Positions 1 through 11,614 of a stretch of 64,000 nt of DNA are shown here, piece by piece. Under the pieces are notes generated by a model that had not been told where the DNA came from, searched no databases, and saw only the letters and a list, made by a program, of their open reading frames with translations. Each line of letters opens with the position of its first letter. The stretch's first letter is position 1. The stretch comes from Octopus vulgaris (lineage: Eukaryota), in assembly GCA_951406725.2 (NCBI GenBank), contig OX597814.1, positions 52,824,001 to 52,888,000 on the forward strand, in the 5' to 3' direction. Made by a program: the position numbers and the translations under genes.

Positions 1-442
1 AAATTCCCTCTAATTAATCCTTGTCTTCCAGGAAGAATACACTGGAATACATGTAGTTATAGATAGACAAAATGACGGCATGGTCATAGCTGGAATGCCT
101 TTTTTATCACTTAGTTTAAAGTAAAACAGGCAATTTAAGAATGATGAGAGAAAAAGAGGAATTTATCCTTAAATCAAGAGGTCTGGTTTAAATACTTGGT
201 TGCATTTAGTAGAATGAACCCTACTTTGGTTCTCAAGGACCAGGTGCTGGTTTTAAACTGGGTAACAGGTTAAACCTATTATCCAAGAACTCAGAATACA
301 AAGAGCTGAAACAGATACTACAAGGTATCTTGTTCAACATGCTATGAATTTTCCCAATCCACTGCCTTGGACTGGTATTTTATTTTATTAACTCTGAAAG
401 GAAGAAAGATACACTGAATACTGCTGAATCAAGGTTTTAAAC

Positions 443-697
443 CAGTGGTTTGCAACTGGATTCCATATGACCTTTGGGGGTCTATACAAGATTTCATTGT
501 TAAAAATTATGTGCAATAAATTGGTTATACTTTTACAGTACATGAAATATTTCAGCCATTTCTTTTTGTACAATGCCTAATAATATATAATTATAAAAAA
601 ATAATAGGATTTTAAAAACATTGCATGGCTATGAGGGTCCACCCAAGTAAAATATGGATAAAAGGGGCCCATAGGTAAAAATGGCTGAGAACCATTG
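443..697. mobile_element. hAT (Charlie-like) non-autonomous DNA transposon/MITE
   Basis: Termini CAGTGGTTTGCAAC...GCTGAGAACCATTG resemble the hAT TIR CAGTGGTTCTCAAC; 8-bp TSD TTTTAAAC (435-442) / TTCTAAAC (698-705) with one mismatch. Confidence 0.75.
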
Positions 698-969
698 TTC
701 TAAACAACATTTATTTTACAATGGTTGGAAATATTCTGATGTGTAGATACATCCCTGCTTTGTCAGCCTAGAGAAACAAATAGTAAAGTAATGATGATGA
801 TTATAATGGCAAAAGCTGGATTAATATACAGCATGGGCCAAAAGTCATGCACAAAATATGTTCAATACGTTCCAGAATTGTTAAAAGGCATGCTTCTATT
901 TTTCTAAAATTGAATAAAATAAATAAAATGATGATGACTACACACCTACTTGTACATGATAAACTAAAT

Positions 970-994
970 GAACAACAACAACAACAACAACAAC

Positions 995-1045
<51 letters not shown>
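970..1045. repeat. (CAA)n(AAT)n compound microsatellite
   Basis: Directly visible; explains the poly-Q/poly-N and poly-L ORFs. Confidence 0.95.
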
Positions 1046-1050
<5 letters not shown>

Positions 1051-1443
1051 TAAAACATCAAATGTTTTGGTGTGTGGCTTCTGACTCTCCCTGTACTATA
1101 GAACTTAAAAAATACTGCAGCAAAATAAAAACAACAAAACAAAGTAAAATAATAGAAGTTGAATAAATCTACTCCTCCGTTCATAAATATATCAGAACCA
1201 ATTGTATCATAGGCTGAGGGAAACCTGCTGCTGGTAATCATGTAATCCAGTACCACTTGCTCCAAGACAAGTAGTTGGTGATTAAACTGGACTCCTACTA
1301 GGCCTGCCCAGTAAGTAGGGAGTGTGGAACTTTAGCAGAATAAAAACAAAACCTGTTAAAAGTAATGAACTCCTTGAGAGCCAATGACACCCCTTTCTTG
1401 AGGAGGAAATGGGTGCTACCAGGTTTACCAAGCCCAATGAGAA

Positions 1444-1570
1444 TCATCATCATCATCATCATCATCGTTTAACGTCCGCTTTCCATGCTAGCATGGGTTG
1501 GACGGTTCAACTGGGGTCTGGGAAGCCCGAAGGCTGCACCAGGCCAGTCAGATGTGGCAGTGTTTCTGGA
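1444..1570 (-). mobile_element. RTE 3'-tail copy ending in (GAT)n
   Basis: (CAT)n-CGTTTAACGTCCGCTTTCCATGCTAGCATGGGTTGGACGG matches the 3' end of the RTE at 6207. Confidence 0.85.
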
Positions 1571-1702
1571 AGTGACAACTTCTATACTGGGTTGATTGAA
1601 AGCCCAGGAGTGAAGAAGATTGGTAAAAAAAAAATTTAGGTACCATAATAACAGAAATGCTATGTGAATGATTTTAGTTTTCATCAATATGAGTTGACTT
1701 AC

Positions 1703-1872
1703 TTTTATCAGTGGAATCCTTAGGGAATTTTGTTGTAATTTGTTGTAATTTTCAAAAGTACTGTATGTGACATATGACTGAGTGCTACCAGTAGTATATA
1801 AAAGAAAAAGCAGTTCCTTTTTGAATACAATTTTTGGTTGATCTCTGAAACGAGCATCACTAATCCAAATAC
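1703..1872 (-). CDS. TMEM231: TMEM231 coding exon 2 (170 nt); gene continues beyond the left window edge
   Basis: Acceptor tttttctcag and donor GTAAGT. Encodes GIWISDARFRDQPKIVFKKELLFLLYTTGSTQSYVTYSTFENYNKLQQNSLRIPLIK, similar to vertebrate TMEM231 GFWLKRSSYEEQPTVRF...[21 protein letters not shown] (recalled). Phase matches exon 1. Confidence 0.93.
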
Positions 1873-2199
1873 CTGAGAAAAATACAGAATAAAAACAAAA
1901 TAAATGCTCAAAATAGCTCATTTAACGAATGTACTGTCTTTAAACAAAGTGTCCTATGTATTTTTTGGTGCCTATAATAATTTGATATGATTATTGTGAT
2001 TTATAAAGAAGAAACAGCATAGTATCTACAGAAGCAGATGTTAAGCTATGTATTAGAAAAGTTTGGACAGCACTTAAAAGTCTCAGCACAAAAATGGAAA
2101 TCTAAGCTCTCAGACAATCTGAAAAGGAACATCTGCACAGTACTTTAAACTGTATTACTTTATAGTTCTTTCAGTTAGACACTAATCAAAAAGCATGAA

Positions 2200-2570
2200 A
2201 TTATGCAGGCTTTGTCTCATTTTGAATGTGTCTTTGAAGGATTACCCAAGCAGAAAAAGATCATATAATAAGCTGCCAGATGTATCAGACACCATTAGAG
2301 AAAGAAGGGTCTGCTGGTTAGTGACACTTTGTTTTTGACACCTCAGAACAGTTGCCATGTGAAGGCATACATTGATTAGTGATGTCACAAAGTGGAACTA
2401 TCACATACTATGGAAAATAGAGATGGATGATCAGGGTCATGCAAATCTGAGGAAGCTTGAATTGATGATGACAATAAGTTTGGGTAGTTGTGGGACAATA
2501 ATAAAGGGGGGGAGGGGAGAAAGAAATAGAGTAGAAGAATGTGTGGCTGATCCAAATACCTGAGACATTT
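2200..2570 (+). mobile_element. Degenerate LINE (RTE-like) C-terminal remnant
   Basis: Broken frame YNKLPDVSDTIRERRVCW resembles the RTE ORF2 C-terminus. Confidence 0.4.
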
Positions 2571-2899
2571 TGAGTGTCTTCTGGTAAAGTAAATCAATCT
2601 ATGCAACTATTAATTATTAAATATATAGGGCATAACTTATACACGATAATATAGGAGCAGCAGCAGTACAAGAAGTAACACTTACTGAGTTTCTTCTCAT
2701 AATTGCAATCAAAATTCACTGAAGTAGCTCTGTCAGGGCTTATCCAGCACTTCTGACAACTTCAAACCAAATTCTGAAATAAACCAACCATGTAGCGGCT
2801 CTACAGCAAAAAACCTGTTCTACTCTGACCCTTTCCTCTCATTTTTACTCCCTTTTACTTCTCATCTTCTCAGGGTTTGTAGTCTTTTAAGTTACATGG

Positions 2900-3100
2900 T
2901 CAATTCACTAGTGTTGGTGGTATGAAAAAAAGCACCCAGTAGTACACACTGTAAAGTGGTTGGCATCCAGTCATAGAAACTATGCCTAAGCAGACACTGG
3001 AATATGATACAATTCTTGGGCTCATTGGGTTCTGTGAAACCATCCAACCCATGCCAGCATGGAACATGGACATTAAATGATGATGATGATAATGATAATA
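2900..3100 (+). mobile_element. RTE 3'-tail copy
   Basis: AAAAGCACCCA...CCATCCAACCCATGCCAGCATGGAAC...TTAAATGATGATGAT. Confidence 0.8.
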
Positions 3101-4201
3101 ATGACAATGGAAGGTTCACAACTTCTGCTTGTTTCAAACACTACCACTTGAAGTATATGTCTAAGCAGATTTTCCAGATTTCACTTCTTTGGCATGCAAA
3201 ACCATGAAATGTATAATAAACCATGAGAGATCAAGCAAATGTTTACACCTGTTGTCATAAATAAGACACTTTCCTTGTCTCCAAAGGAATCATATAATTC
3301 CACTAGCTATAGAATACTGGGAACCTCAAGTCTTAAGAGTTTGTGTTTTCTAATGCTACGAACCGCTGCATACCTTGGAAACCTAATATTTTGCAAGACA
3401 ATAGATATGCATGTTTACCTTGAGAGTTCCACACTTGCATGATACTGAATCACTTATTATGATGCCTAACAGGATTGTAATTAGATATACTGAATTGTTC
3501 AAAAGAGTTTTGATCTATGATTTTGACCCTGGAGATCTGCTCGAAAGTATTTTAAGATGATGTGGTGTGGTAGGTGGAAGATTTAGTGGCTATTTCTAGT
3601 AAATCAAGTGATAGTGTAGAGCTCTCTCCTTAGTTTGTAATGAAGTAAACTACAGAAAATTTTCGAAACACTAAACTGGCGATCCTATTCATTACCGTTT
3701 TTATATATAAGGTTAATCGCCAGTAAAATTTATGACGTAGGGGATCGGTTAGAGTTAAGTAAGAGTCTAGGGCGAGGAGCTAAGTAGCAGGCTAGTCCAA
3801 GGTTGGAAAGCTATACTTATATTGAAATATTTTGTACATGCACTAAAAATACGGGGCTGCACAAAATTTCTGTTTGTTTTATGATGTTTGGGATACCTGT
3901 TTTTAGGGGATGTGTTAAGAAATAATCCGTATGTAAATATAGTACTAACGTTTCAATTGGGTATGGCAATTAGTATACCATGAAAAAATTTAACTCGGAA
4001 GTATTCATCTTTTACGAGAAATGATAATTTATTTTTTAATCAATCTTAATACTCGAAATTTATAGGAGAGAGAAAGGGAGCAGGAAATTGTGTCGTTGTC
4101 AATGAGATGTACAATAAACAAAATTGAGTAGCAGACGCAATCATATAACTTGTTATATATTTAAATTTAATAAACTCAATAATTTGGCGACAAAAGCTTA
4201 C

Positions 4202-4340
4202 CATCATTAAGGTAAATTACTACAAGAGGTAGTATGTATGTTAAAAGAGTAATGAAAACCTGTAGAGCTGTAGCTTTGGAGAAAATGTGACTTCGATATC
4301 GGCGTAATTCAGCATGAGAAAAGATTTCAAAGACCGCCAT
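4202..4340 (-). CDS. TMEM231: TMEM231 coding exon 1 (139 nt)
   Basis: ATG at 4340 gives MAVFEIFSHAELRRYRSHIFSKATALQVFITLLTYILPLVVIYLND-G, then donor GTAAG. Similar to the TMEM231 N-terminus MALYELFSHPVERSYRAGLCSKAALF...LTYIPPLLVAFRSHG. Too short for the ORF track. Confidence 0.93.
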
Positions 4341-4352
4341 GTTCAAACTAAA

Positions 4353-4408
4353 GTTGCATCGGAAATGTAACCGCGGTAACCATAGTAAGGATATTTCGTC
4401 ACTTCCGG
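4353..4408. promoter_or_regulatory. TMEM231 proximal promoter: RFX X-box cluster and ETS motif
   Basis: GTAACCGCGGTAAC (4367-4380) fits GTNRCC-N2-RGYAAC exactly. Near-matches GTTGCATCGGAAAT (4353-4366) and GTAACCATAGTAAG (4376-4389). ETS motif ACTTCCGG at 4401-4408. Confidence 0.75.
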
Positions 4409-4689
4409 GTTCTGAAATCCCACCCTAAAGCTGTATGTTTATGTTTACGGAATAAATACATTTATAGTGATGGAAATTGTTAGGAACTAAGGGTACGCTA
4501 AGGTTCAAGTGGTTGAAGTTGAGGTGTTGGGGGCTAGACACTATAAGTCTCCCGCTGTCCGTGGGTTGATAAATAGGAGTACACCATAATCGTGCGTTGT
4601 ACCTTTCCCAATCAATCTACATTTAGTTATTTTTTAATCTTCTTTGTACTGAGTATAACTACATAAATGTTCCCCTACTGATTTTGTTT

Positions 4690-5000
4690 CCTCATAACTT
4701 TAAGAAAATGGGCGCTTTTTGATGAAATTTTCTACAAATATTTTCAAATGATGTAGATTACAGTTATATCGGAACTTAATATAGTAAAAAAAAAATTTCT
4801 TTTTTTTAAATGGTGGGCGCTAACACATCATTAACTTTTTCAAAATTTTAAAGTCTCATTTTGTAGATACGTATGTGTGCGCACTCTTCACTTTTTTCTC
4901 ATTTTTTTTTCTAAAAATTCCTATATGATCGTAATTTACATAATCTGAAAGGTATTTTTTGAATATTTCACCAAAAAGTATCCATTTTCCTCAAAGTTAT
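4690..5000. mobile_element. Degenerate MITE with long imperfect TIRs
   Basis: CATAACTTTAAGAAAATGG ... CCATTTTCCTCAAAGTTATG inverted pair; related copy at 5650-5972. Confidence 0.55.
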
Positions 5001-5084
5001 GCCATAGAATTAATGAAATAGCTAGTCTCTAAAGCAGTAAAAAAACGTACTTAAAGCAGATAGTTACGAGATCTTACATTATGA

Positions 5085-5339
5085 AATGTAAATCGACCCA
5101 GGACTTTAAAAAAAATCTAATACTTATTCTAAGTTACAGGGACGTAAACAAACCAACACCGGTTGTCAGGCGGTGGTGGGACACGCCCATACATACAACA
5201 GGCTTCTTTCTGTTTACCAAACTCACAAGTCGGCCGGGGCTATAGTAGTAGACATTCGCTCAAGGCGCTGCACAGAGGGACTGAATCTAGGATCATATGG
5301 TTAGGAAGTAAGCGTCTCAATCACACAGCCACGCCTACA
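5085..5339 (-). mobile_element. tRNA-derived SINE family A (degenerate)
   Basis: Reverse complement of the head at 6001 and of part of the tail at 9345. Confidence 0.75.
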
Positions 5340-5649
5340 ATTACTATACCTTTAGTAATTTACTCTCGCATGATTGGAGAATTAGATCTCTGCAGACCAT
5401 CTTAGAGCAGTTTGGCACTACTTCTTTGAAAATAAGTTGTATTCAAGTCAATAAGTGAGCCGCTATCAGGTTAATCGATCTGCTGGAAATAGCAACCAAA
5501 TCTTACCCCAAATCACAACGGTTGAAACGTCTTTGATCAACTTTGATTGGGGCTAAACAACACTGTCAAACTGTTTTATAATAAGCACAATTCTTCATCT
5601 GGAACTTTGGCTGATTCTAAATTCTATGTCGAATAGCTAATCCTAGTGT

Positions 5650-5972
5650 GGGCATACACATATAAGAAAGTGAGGCATCCATATACAAATGTGTCCCTCT
5701 GCCAGCTTTATTTCCTCATAACTTTCAGAAAAATGGATATTTTCTAATTAAATTTCCTACAAACACACATTGTGTAGATATATATGTGATGTATGTTAGT
5801 ATGTGTGTGTGTGTGCCCACTACTCTTTTTCTTTCTACTTTAAATTCCAATATAATCCTAATTTACAGTATCTGAAAAGTATTTATAGAAAATCTCATCC
5901 CAAAATACCCATTTTTCCAAAAGTTACAAGGAAACAAATTTGGCCGGGGCCACACTTGTGTAGGTATGCCCT
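5650..5972. mobile_element. Degenerate MITE (same family as 4690-5000)
   Basis: GGGCATAC...TTTCCTCATAACTTTCAGAAAAATGG versus CCATTTTTCCAAAAGTTACAAGGAAA...GTATGCCC. Confidence 0.55.
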
Positions 5973-6000
5973 AAGTGAAACATTTGCATTAAACAAAACA

Positions 6001-6160
6001 GGCGTAGGAGTGCCTGTGTGGTAAGTGGCTTGCTTACCAACCACATGGTTCTGGGTTCAGTCCCACTGCGTGGCACCTTGGGCAAGTGTCTTCTACTATA
6101 TCCTTGGGCCGACCAAAACCTTGTGAGTGGATTTGGTAGATGGAAACTGAAAGAAGCCCA
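6001..6160 (+). mobile_element. tRNA-derived SINE family A, 5' head (tail displaced to 9345-9548)
   Basis: Pol III A-box-like GTGCCTGTGTGG, B-box GGTTCAGTCCC and CCTTGGGCAAG core, followed by (TA)n. Uninterrupted copies at 17704 and 52890. Confidence 0.88.
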
Positions 6161-6162
6161 TT

Positions 6163-6206
<44 letters not shown>

Positions 6207-6208
<2 letters not shown>

Positions 6209-9197
6209 TCATCATCATCATCGTTTAACGTCCGTTTTCCGCGCTAGCATGGGTTGGACGGTTCAACCGGGATCTGGGAAGCCAGAGCTGCACCAGGCTC
6301 CAGTCTGATCTGGCAGTGTTTCTACAGCTGAATGCCTTTCCTAACGCCAACCACTCCGCGAGTGTAGTGGGTGCTTTTTATGTGCCACCGGCACAGGTGC
6401 CAGGGGAGTCTGGCATCGGCCACGATTGGTTGGTGCTTTTAACGTTCCACCGGCACGGAAGCCAGTCAAGGCGGCGCTGGCATCAGCCATGTTCGGATGG
6501 CGCTTTTTATGTGTCACCGGCACAGAAGCCAGTCGAGGCGGCGCTGGCATCGGCCATGTTCGGATGGTGCTTTTTTATGTGCCACCGGCACAGAAGCCAG
6601 TCAAGGTGGCACTGGCATCGGCCACGTTCGGATGGTGCTTTTTATGTGCCACCAGCACAGGTATCACAACTACTATTTCCATTGATATTTATTTCGATGT
6701 TCATGTACTTGACTCAATAGGTCTCCTCAAGCACAACGGGATGTTCTGGAATCCAAGGTACTTTGAATGGGCAGAGGATATGCGGGACTGGTGCAGGAAG
6801 CAGCCCGGGTCTTTGCAGTCACAGCATGTCTCCAGAGATCTCGGTCCTTCGTCATTGCCTCTGTGAGGTCCAACACTCTGAGGTCATGCTTGACTACCTC
6901 ATCCCATGTCTTCCTGGGTCTACCTCTCCCCCTGATACCTTCAACTGTTTGGGAGCAGCACTTCTTCACACATCTCTCCTCATCCATCCGCAGTACATGA
7001 CCATACCATCACAAGCGTCGCTCTTGCACACCACATCTGATGCTTCTTATGTCCAGCATTTCTTTCAGGGTGCTTACCCTCTGTCGTGCGCGCACACTGA
7101 CATTACACATCCAGCAGATCATGCTAGCTTCATTTCTTTCAAGTTTATGCATGTCCTCTGCAGTCACAGCCCATGTTTCACTACCGTGAAGCATGGCAAT
7201 TCGCACACATGCATCATACAATCTACCTTTCACTCTGAGCGAGAGACCCTTTGTCGCCAATAGGGGTAGGAGCTTTTTAACTTTGCCCAGGCTATTCGTA
7301 TTCTAGTAGTGATACTCTCTGAGCATCCACCTCCACTACTAACTTGGCCACCCAGGTAGCGGAAACTATCAACTACTTCTAGTTTGTCCCCCTGGAGTGT
7401 GATGGAATCTGTTTTCTGAGTATCTGTGGTGTCCATTGTCCCTGTGAATCTGCCACACTTGAAAGCTATCTTATCAGTTAATTTCCCTTTGATGTTGCTG
7501 CACCTCTTATGTGTCCATAGCTTACACTGGGTACATCTTATGAAGTTTCTACCTACGCCTTTTCTACAGATCGAGTGTGTGCTGAGTTCGCCTTTTTGTT
7601 TACTATAACTTTGGTCTTTGCTACATTTACTCTAAGGCCCTTTGATTCTAACCCTTGCTTCCACACCCGAAATTTCTTTTCTAGTTCCAGTAGTGATTCT
7701 GCTATGAGAGCCAGGTCATCAGCATAGAGGAGCTCCCAGAGGCAACCTGTTTTGAATTCCTCTATTATTGCCTGGAGGACTATGTTGAATAAAAGGGCAC
7801 TGAGGGCTGAGCCTTGGTGTACACCTACTTCTACCCGGAATTCTTCACTATATTCATTGCCAATCCTAACCTTGCTGATAGCCTCTCTGTACAGGGCCTG
7901 TACAGCCCTTATTAGCCATTCATCAATCACCAGTTTCCGCATCGACCACCAGATAAGGGATCGGGGGACCCTGTCAAAGGCTTTCTCCAAGTCCACAAAA
8001 GCTATGTAGAGGGGTTTATCTTTAGCTAGGTACTTCTGCAGTTGTCGGACCAGGAATATAGCATCAGTGGTGCTTCTACCCGGCACAAAACCGAACTGCA
8101 TCTCATCTAAGCAAGTTCTCTCCCTAATGAGATGGGTTATGACCCTCTCTGAGACCTTTATCACCTGATCCAACAGTTTAATACCCCTGTAGTTATTTCT
8201 ATCTAGAGCATCACCCTTACCCTTGTAGCAGTTGACTATGGTGCTGCTACGCCAGTCATTGGGTATGACTCCATTATGAACTACCTGGTTTACAATGCGG
8301 GTGACTAGGCCATAGCCCACATAACCAGCTGTTTTAAGCATCTCAGCAGGGATTCCTGATGAGCCGGGGGCTTTACCTGGTTTCATACCCTTAATTGCCT
8401 TAACTACAAGGAAGCTGTTTATTCGGATAGCTGGTCCCTCTACTGGGTCAACATTTGGCAGGCTCTCCTCCTCCCATTCATTCTCCACATTCAGCAGTCT
8501 TTCATAATGGCTTCTCTAAGCCTCTTTCTTTTCACCATCATTAGAAGCAAGTGCCCCATCATCCATGTGGACACATTTCTCTCCTGTAACATCACTATTT
8601 TCTCTCACACACTGTCTAGCAATCCGAAATACCTCAGTTCTTTGGTCCTCACGTCGCTGGACATTGGCAAACTTCTTCTTTTCTGCTACATCTTTGGCTA
8701 TGTATACCTGCCGCCCAGCCTCCCTTTTGGCTACCTGGTACAGTTCCCTGCTACCCCCATCCCTCCAGGCTTTCCAGGCCTGTTTCTTTGCACTAATGGC
8801 TTTGTCTACTTTGTCCACCACCACGTAACTCAGCAAGCTGTCCCGTAGGAATTTCCAGCTACCTTCTATGTCCGACGTCTGGAGCTCCTCCTCCCTCTCA
8901 TCAAATTTCTTGATGAGGATGTCTCTGAATCTCTGACCATGTGAAGGGTTCTTTAGCTTCCAAATGCTTCTTTTCTGGATTGGTCTGTTTCTTGGAATCC
9001 TTCTGGCCTCAAGCCTAAAGTCACTAATGATTAGCCTATGCTGAGGGGTACATTCTTCACCCGGGAGGGTCTTTGTATTTAAGAGCAACCCTGCATCCCG
9101 CTGTCTGGTGAGGATGAAGTCTATTTGGCTAGCGGAGTCTCCTGACTGATAGGTTATAAGGTGGCAGTCAGGTTTCCTGAAGTTAGTGTTGCAGATT
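6207..9197 (-). mobile_element. RTE-clade LINE, 5'-truncated and frameshifted (APE C-terminus, RT, 3'UTR, (GAT)n tail)
   Basis: ORFs 8516-9274, 7553-8488, 7230-7436, 7009-7260 and 6727-6987 carry SQIDFIL, GKAPG, NYRGIKLL, QFGFVPGRSTTDAIF, FVDLEKAFDRV, GVHQGS, LLYADD, FRYLG, LHGSETW and RGRGRPRKTW. Confidence 0.96.
6370..6660. repeat. ~59-bp minisatellite (about 5 units) in the RTE 3'UTR
   Basis: Unit GGTGCTTTTTATGTGCCACCGGCACAGAAGCCAGTCAAGGCGGCGCTGGCATCGGCCATGTTCGGAT is repeated. Confidence 0.9.
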
Positions 9198-9344
9198 AAA
9201 AGGTTACATGCATCACCGCAAAATGTGGGAGTAGTTAGGAATCTAAATCGTAGGAGACAGACACACAACTTCACTTTTATATATAAAGATATATATATAT
9301 ATTATATATATATATATATATATGAATGTGTGTGCATATGTTTG

Positions 9345-9548
9345 GGTGTCTGTGTTTGTCCCCCCAACATCGCTTGACAACCGATGTTGGTGTGTTTATG
9401 TCCCCGTAACTTAGTTCGGCAAAAGAGACCGATAGAATAAGTACTGGGCTTACAAAGAATAAGTCCTGGGGTCGATTTGCTTGACTAAAGGTGGTGCCCC
9501 AGCATGGCCACAGTCACATGACTGAAACAAGTAAAAGAGTAAAGAGTG
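9345..9548 (+). mobile_element. SINE family A 3' half
   Basis: TGTTTGTCCCCCCAACATCGCTTGACAACC...GACTGAAACAAGTAAAAGAGTAAAGAGT; same tail as in the intact copies. Confidence 0.88.
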
Positions 9549-9989
9549 TCTGTTATTCAGTGTAACATAAATTTAATAATTGTGTATGTGTGTGTGAAGG
9601 TACATAGCTTAATGGTTAGAAGGTTACGCTTACGCTCATAAGCTTGTGGGTGATTTCTGTACTGAGCAATGTGTTGCTGCAGTCTATCCAGCTGAAAATA
9701 AACACCAACCCCTACCCCTGAGCTGTCACTATTCTTGATGTTTTGATTGGTCAAAGAGTAGGAGATCTGAGTTAGTGCTTATTTTCTGTTCACATCTACA
9801 ATGGCACCTAAAAGAATTAATGAAACATTGACACCTAAAACATACTACCAGATCGTATTTGTTTGCAAGAGGCTGCTATGTTTTTATTCTTATGAATATG
9901 TTTCTGTCATTTTGCAAAAGTTGAGAAAAGAATTGAACTTGGCAGAATTTGAACAGAAGGCATTTTACAGTTCTATATTTAAGAACCCA

Positions 9990-10101
9990 GGTTCGAAATT
10001 TCCCCAAAACACCTGATGAAGGCTGGAGGGTATATCAGCCAAAACACTGTCTTAACAACAAACAAGATGAGGACAAATATTCGTCAAATGTAAATAATGT
10101 A
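9990..10101 (+). mobile_element. PLE terminal fragment with decayed hammerhead
   Basis: AACAC-CTGATGA-A-GGCTG...CAGCC-AAAAC (GAAA replaced by AAAA)-ACTGTCTT at 10008-10053. Confidence 0.55.
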
Positions 10102-10319
10102 GAAGACATTTTGTTTGATGTTCACATGATACTGCCAATACGTGTGTGTGTGTATACATACATACATACCTTGTACCTGGACTTCACATCTCTTTCTCTC
10201 TCTCCCTCTCTTTCTTAGTGAGCAAACCATATATTCACTTCTTCTGCAAGACACCATACTTTTGTTCATCTGTCATAGTTTCTTATCCCTCCTTTTCTAT
10301 GCCCCACTCAGTTGAGGGG

Positions 10320-10895
10320 TCTTATCTTGCAGGTGTCTGGTGAGCTCACCAATACTGATGTTGCATAAAAAGCACCCAGGACACTCTTTTATGTGGTTTG
10401 CATTAGGAAGGGCATCTAGCTGTAGAAACCATGCCAAAGCAGACAGTTTGTCTGTCCAACCCATGCCAGCATGGAAAAAAAAGGATGTTAAATGATGATA
10501 ATCTCTCCCCCCTCCCCCTCCCTTCCTCTTTCTTTTCTCTCTCACTCTCTTCTCCTCCCTTCTCTCTTCTTTTCCAACAGGGGTAACCATGTATCTCCTC
10601 TACTGCAAGACACCTATCATACTCTAGCCTCTTGCTACCTGACACAAAGCCATCTCCTCCAAAAACTATTTACCCTTCAGTTGAAGTGTCTTGTTTTGCA
10701 ATTTACTTGGTAACTTCAGTGGTGCTGGTGTCACATAAAAAACACCTAGTACATCTTGTAAAGTGGTTGGAATTAGGAAGGGTACCCACCCATATAAACC
10801 ATGTCAAAGTAAACAATAAAGCATGACATAGTTCTCTAGCTTGCCAGCTCCTATCAAACTGTCCAACCCATGCAGGCATGGAAAACAGACATTAA

Positions 10896-10930
<35 letters not shown>
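10320..10930 (+). mobile_element. Two RTE 3'-tail copies (10320-10500, 10700-10930)
   Basis: TTAGGAAGGGCATC...CCAACCCATGC...TTAAATGATGATG. Confidence 0.8.
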
Positions 10931-11350
10931 ATATAAATACATAGATATAAAAAAAGTTGCATATTTATTTTCTATTTTTATTGATATAACCTGATGCTTA
11001 AATTTTCCCTGGAAGCATTTTCCAGCTAAATCTTAACAATAAGAATTTCACTTTGGAAGACACTGTTATAAACTAGGACGTATATCTAAAAGCAATTAAT
11101 TTCTCAACTGAGATGAGAAAACTGCACCAGGTTGTAATTCAGATCACAAGACTTAATCATGTATTTCTCATTCCTCAGGCGCTTCTTTCAGCAGCAATCT
11201 GACATCTTAAATCACTTGGTCATTGCAATTTCCACACATGCATTTTTACTCTAGTTATTTTTTCCCTTATACAACGGGAATGTGAATCCTGTAAAAGCTC
11301 TCTGCTTAATGAAAGAAGATTGCTGTTTGACATCCATGATTCCATGTTAA

Positions 11351-11557
11351 CCTTTTTATTACAATATTTCTGTTGAAATGCACTACCTTTGCTATTTTGA
11401 AAATAATGAAGACTTTCATAAAATTATTTTGTCATTTATAAGCTAGTATTTGGAACATAAATTAACATGAAATTTTAATGGAAGGTTTTAATTCAGATCA
11501 TTGAGAGTTTGTATCCTGGAACTAGAGGTAGCCTCAGGCAGGTTGGTATCAAAAGGG
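11351..11557. mobile_element. TTAA-flanked piggyBac-type MITE
   Basis: TTAA-CCTTTT...AAAAGGG-TTAA; homologous copies at 21149 and 57735. Confidence 0.75.
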
Positions 11558-11614
11558 TTAACATAGATGGGATAGTTTTGTGGGGATGGTTGATTTAAAA
11601 GAAGAATGCACCAG

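Noticed and set aside
801-1265. ORFs with poly-L/C/Q/N, and a possible TMEM231 exon 3 near 903
   Set aside because: Microsatellite translation; no frame resembles the next TMEM231 segment.
6316-6866. Overlapping plus-strand ORFs; repeat array resembling CRISPR
   Set aside because: Antisense of the RTE 3'UTR minisatellite; units are contiguous with no unique spacers and no cas genes.
7752-8848. Plus-strand ORFs
   Set aside because: Antisense shadows of RTE ORF2.
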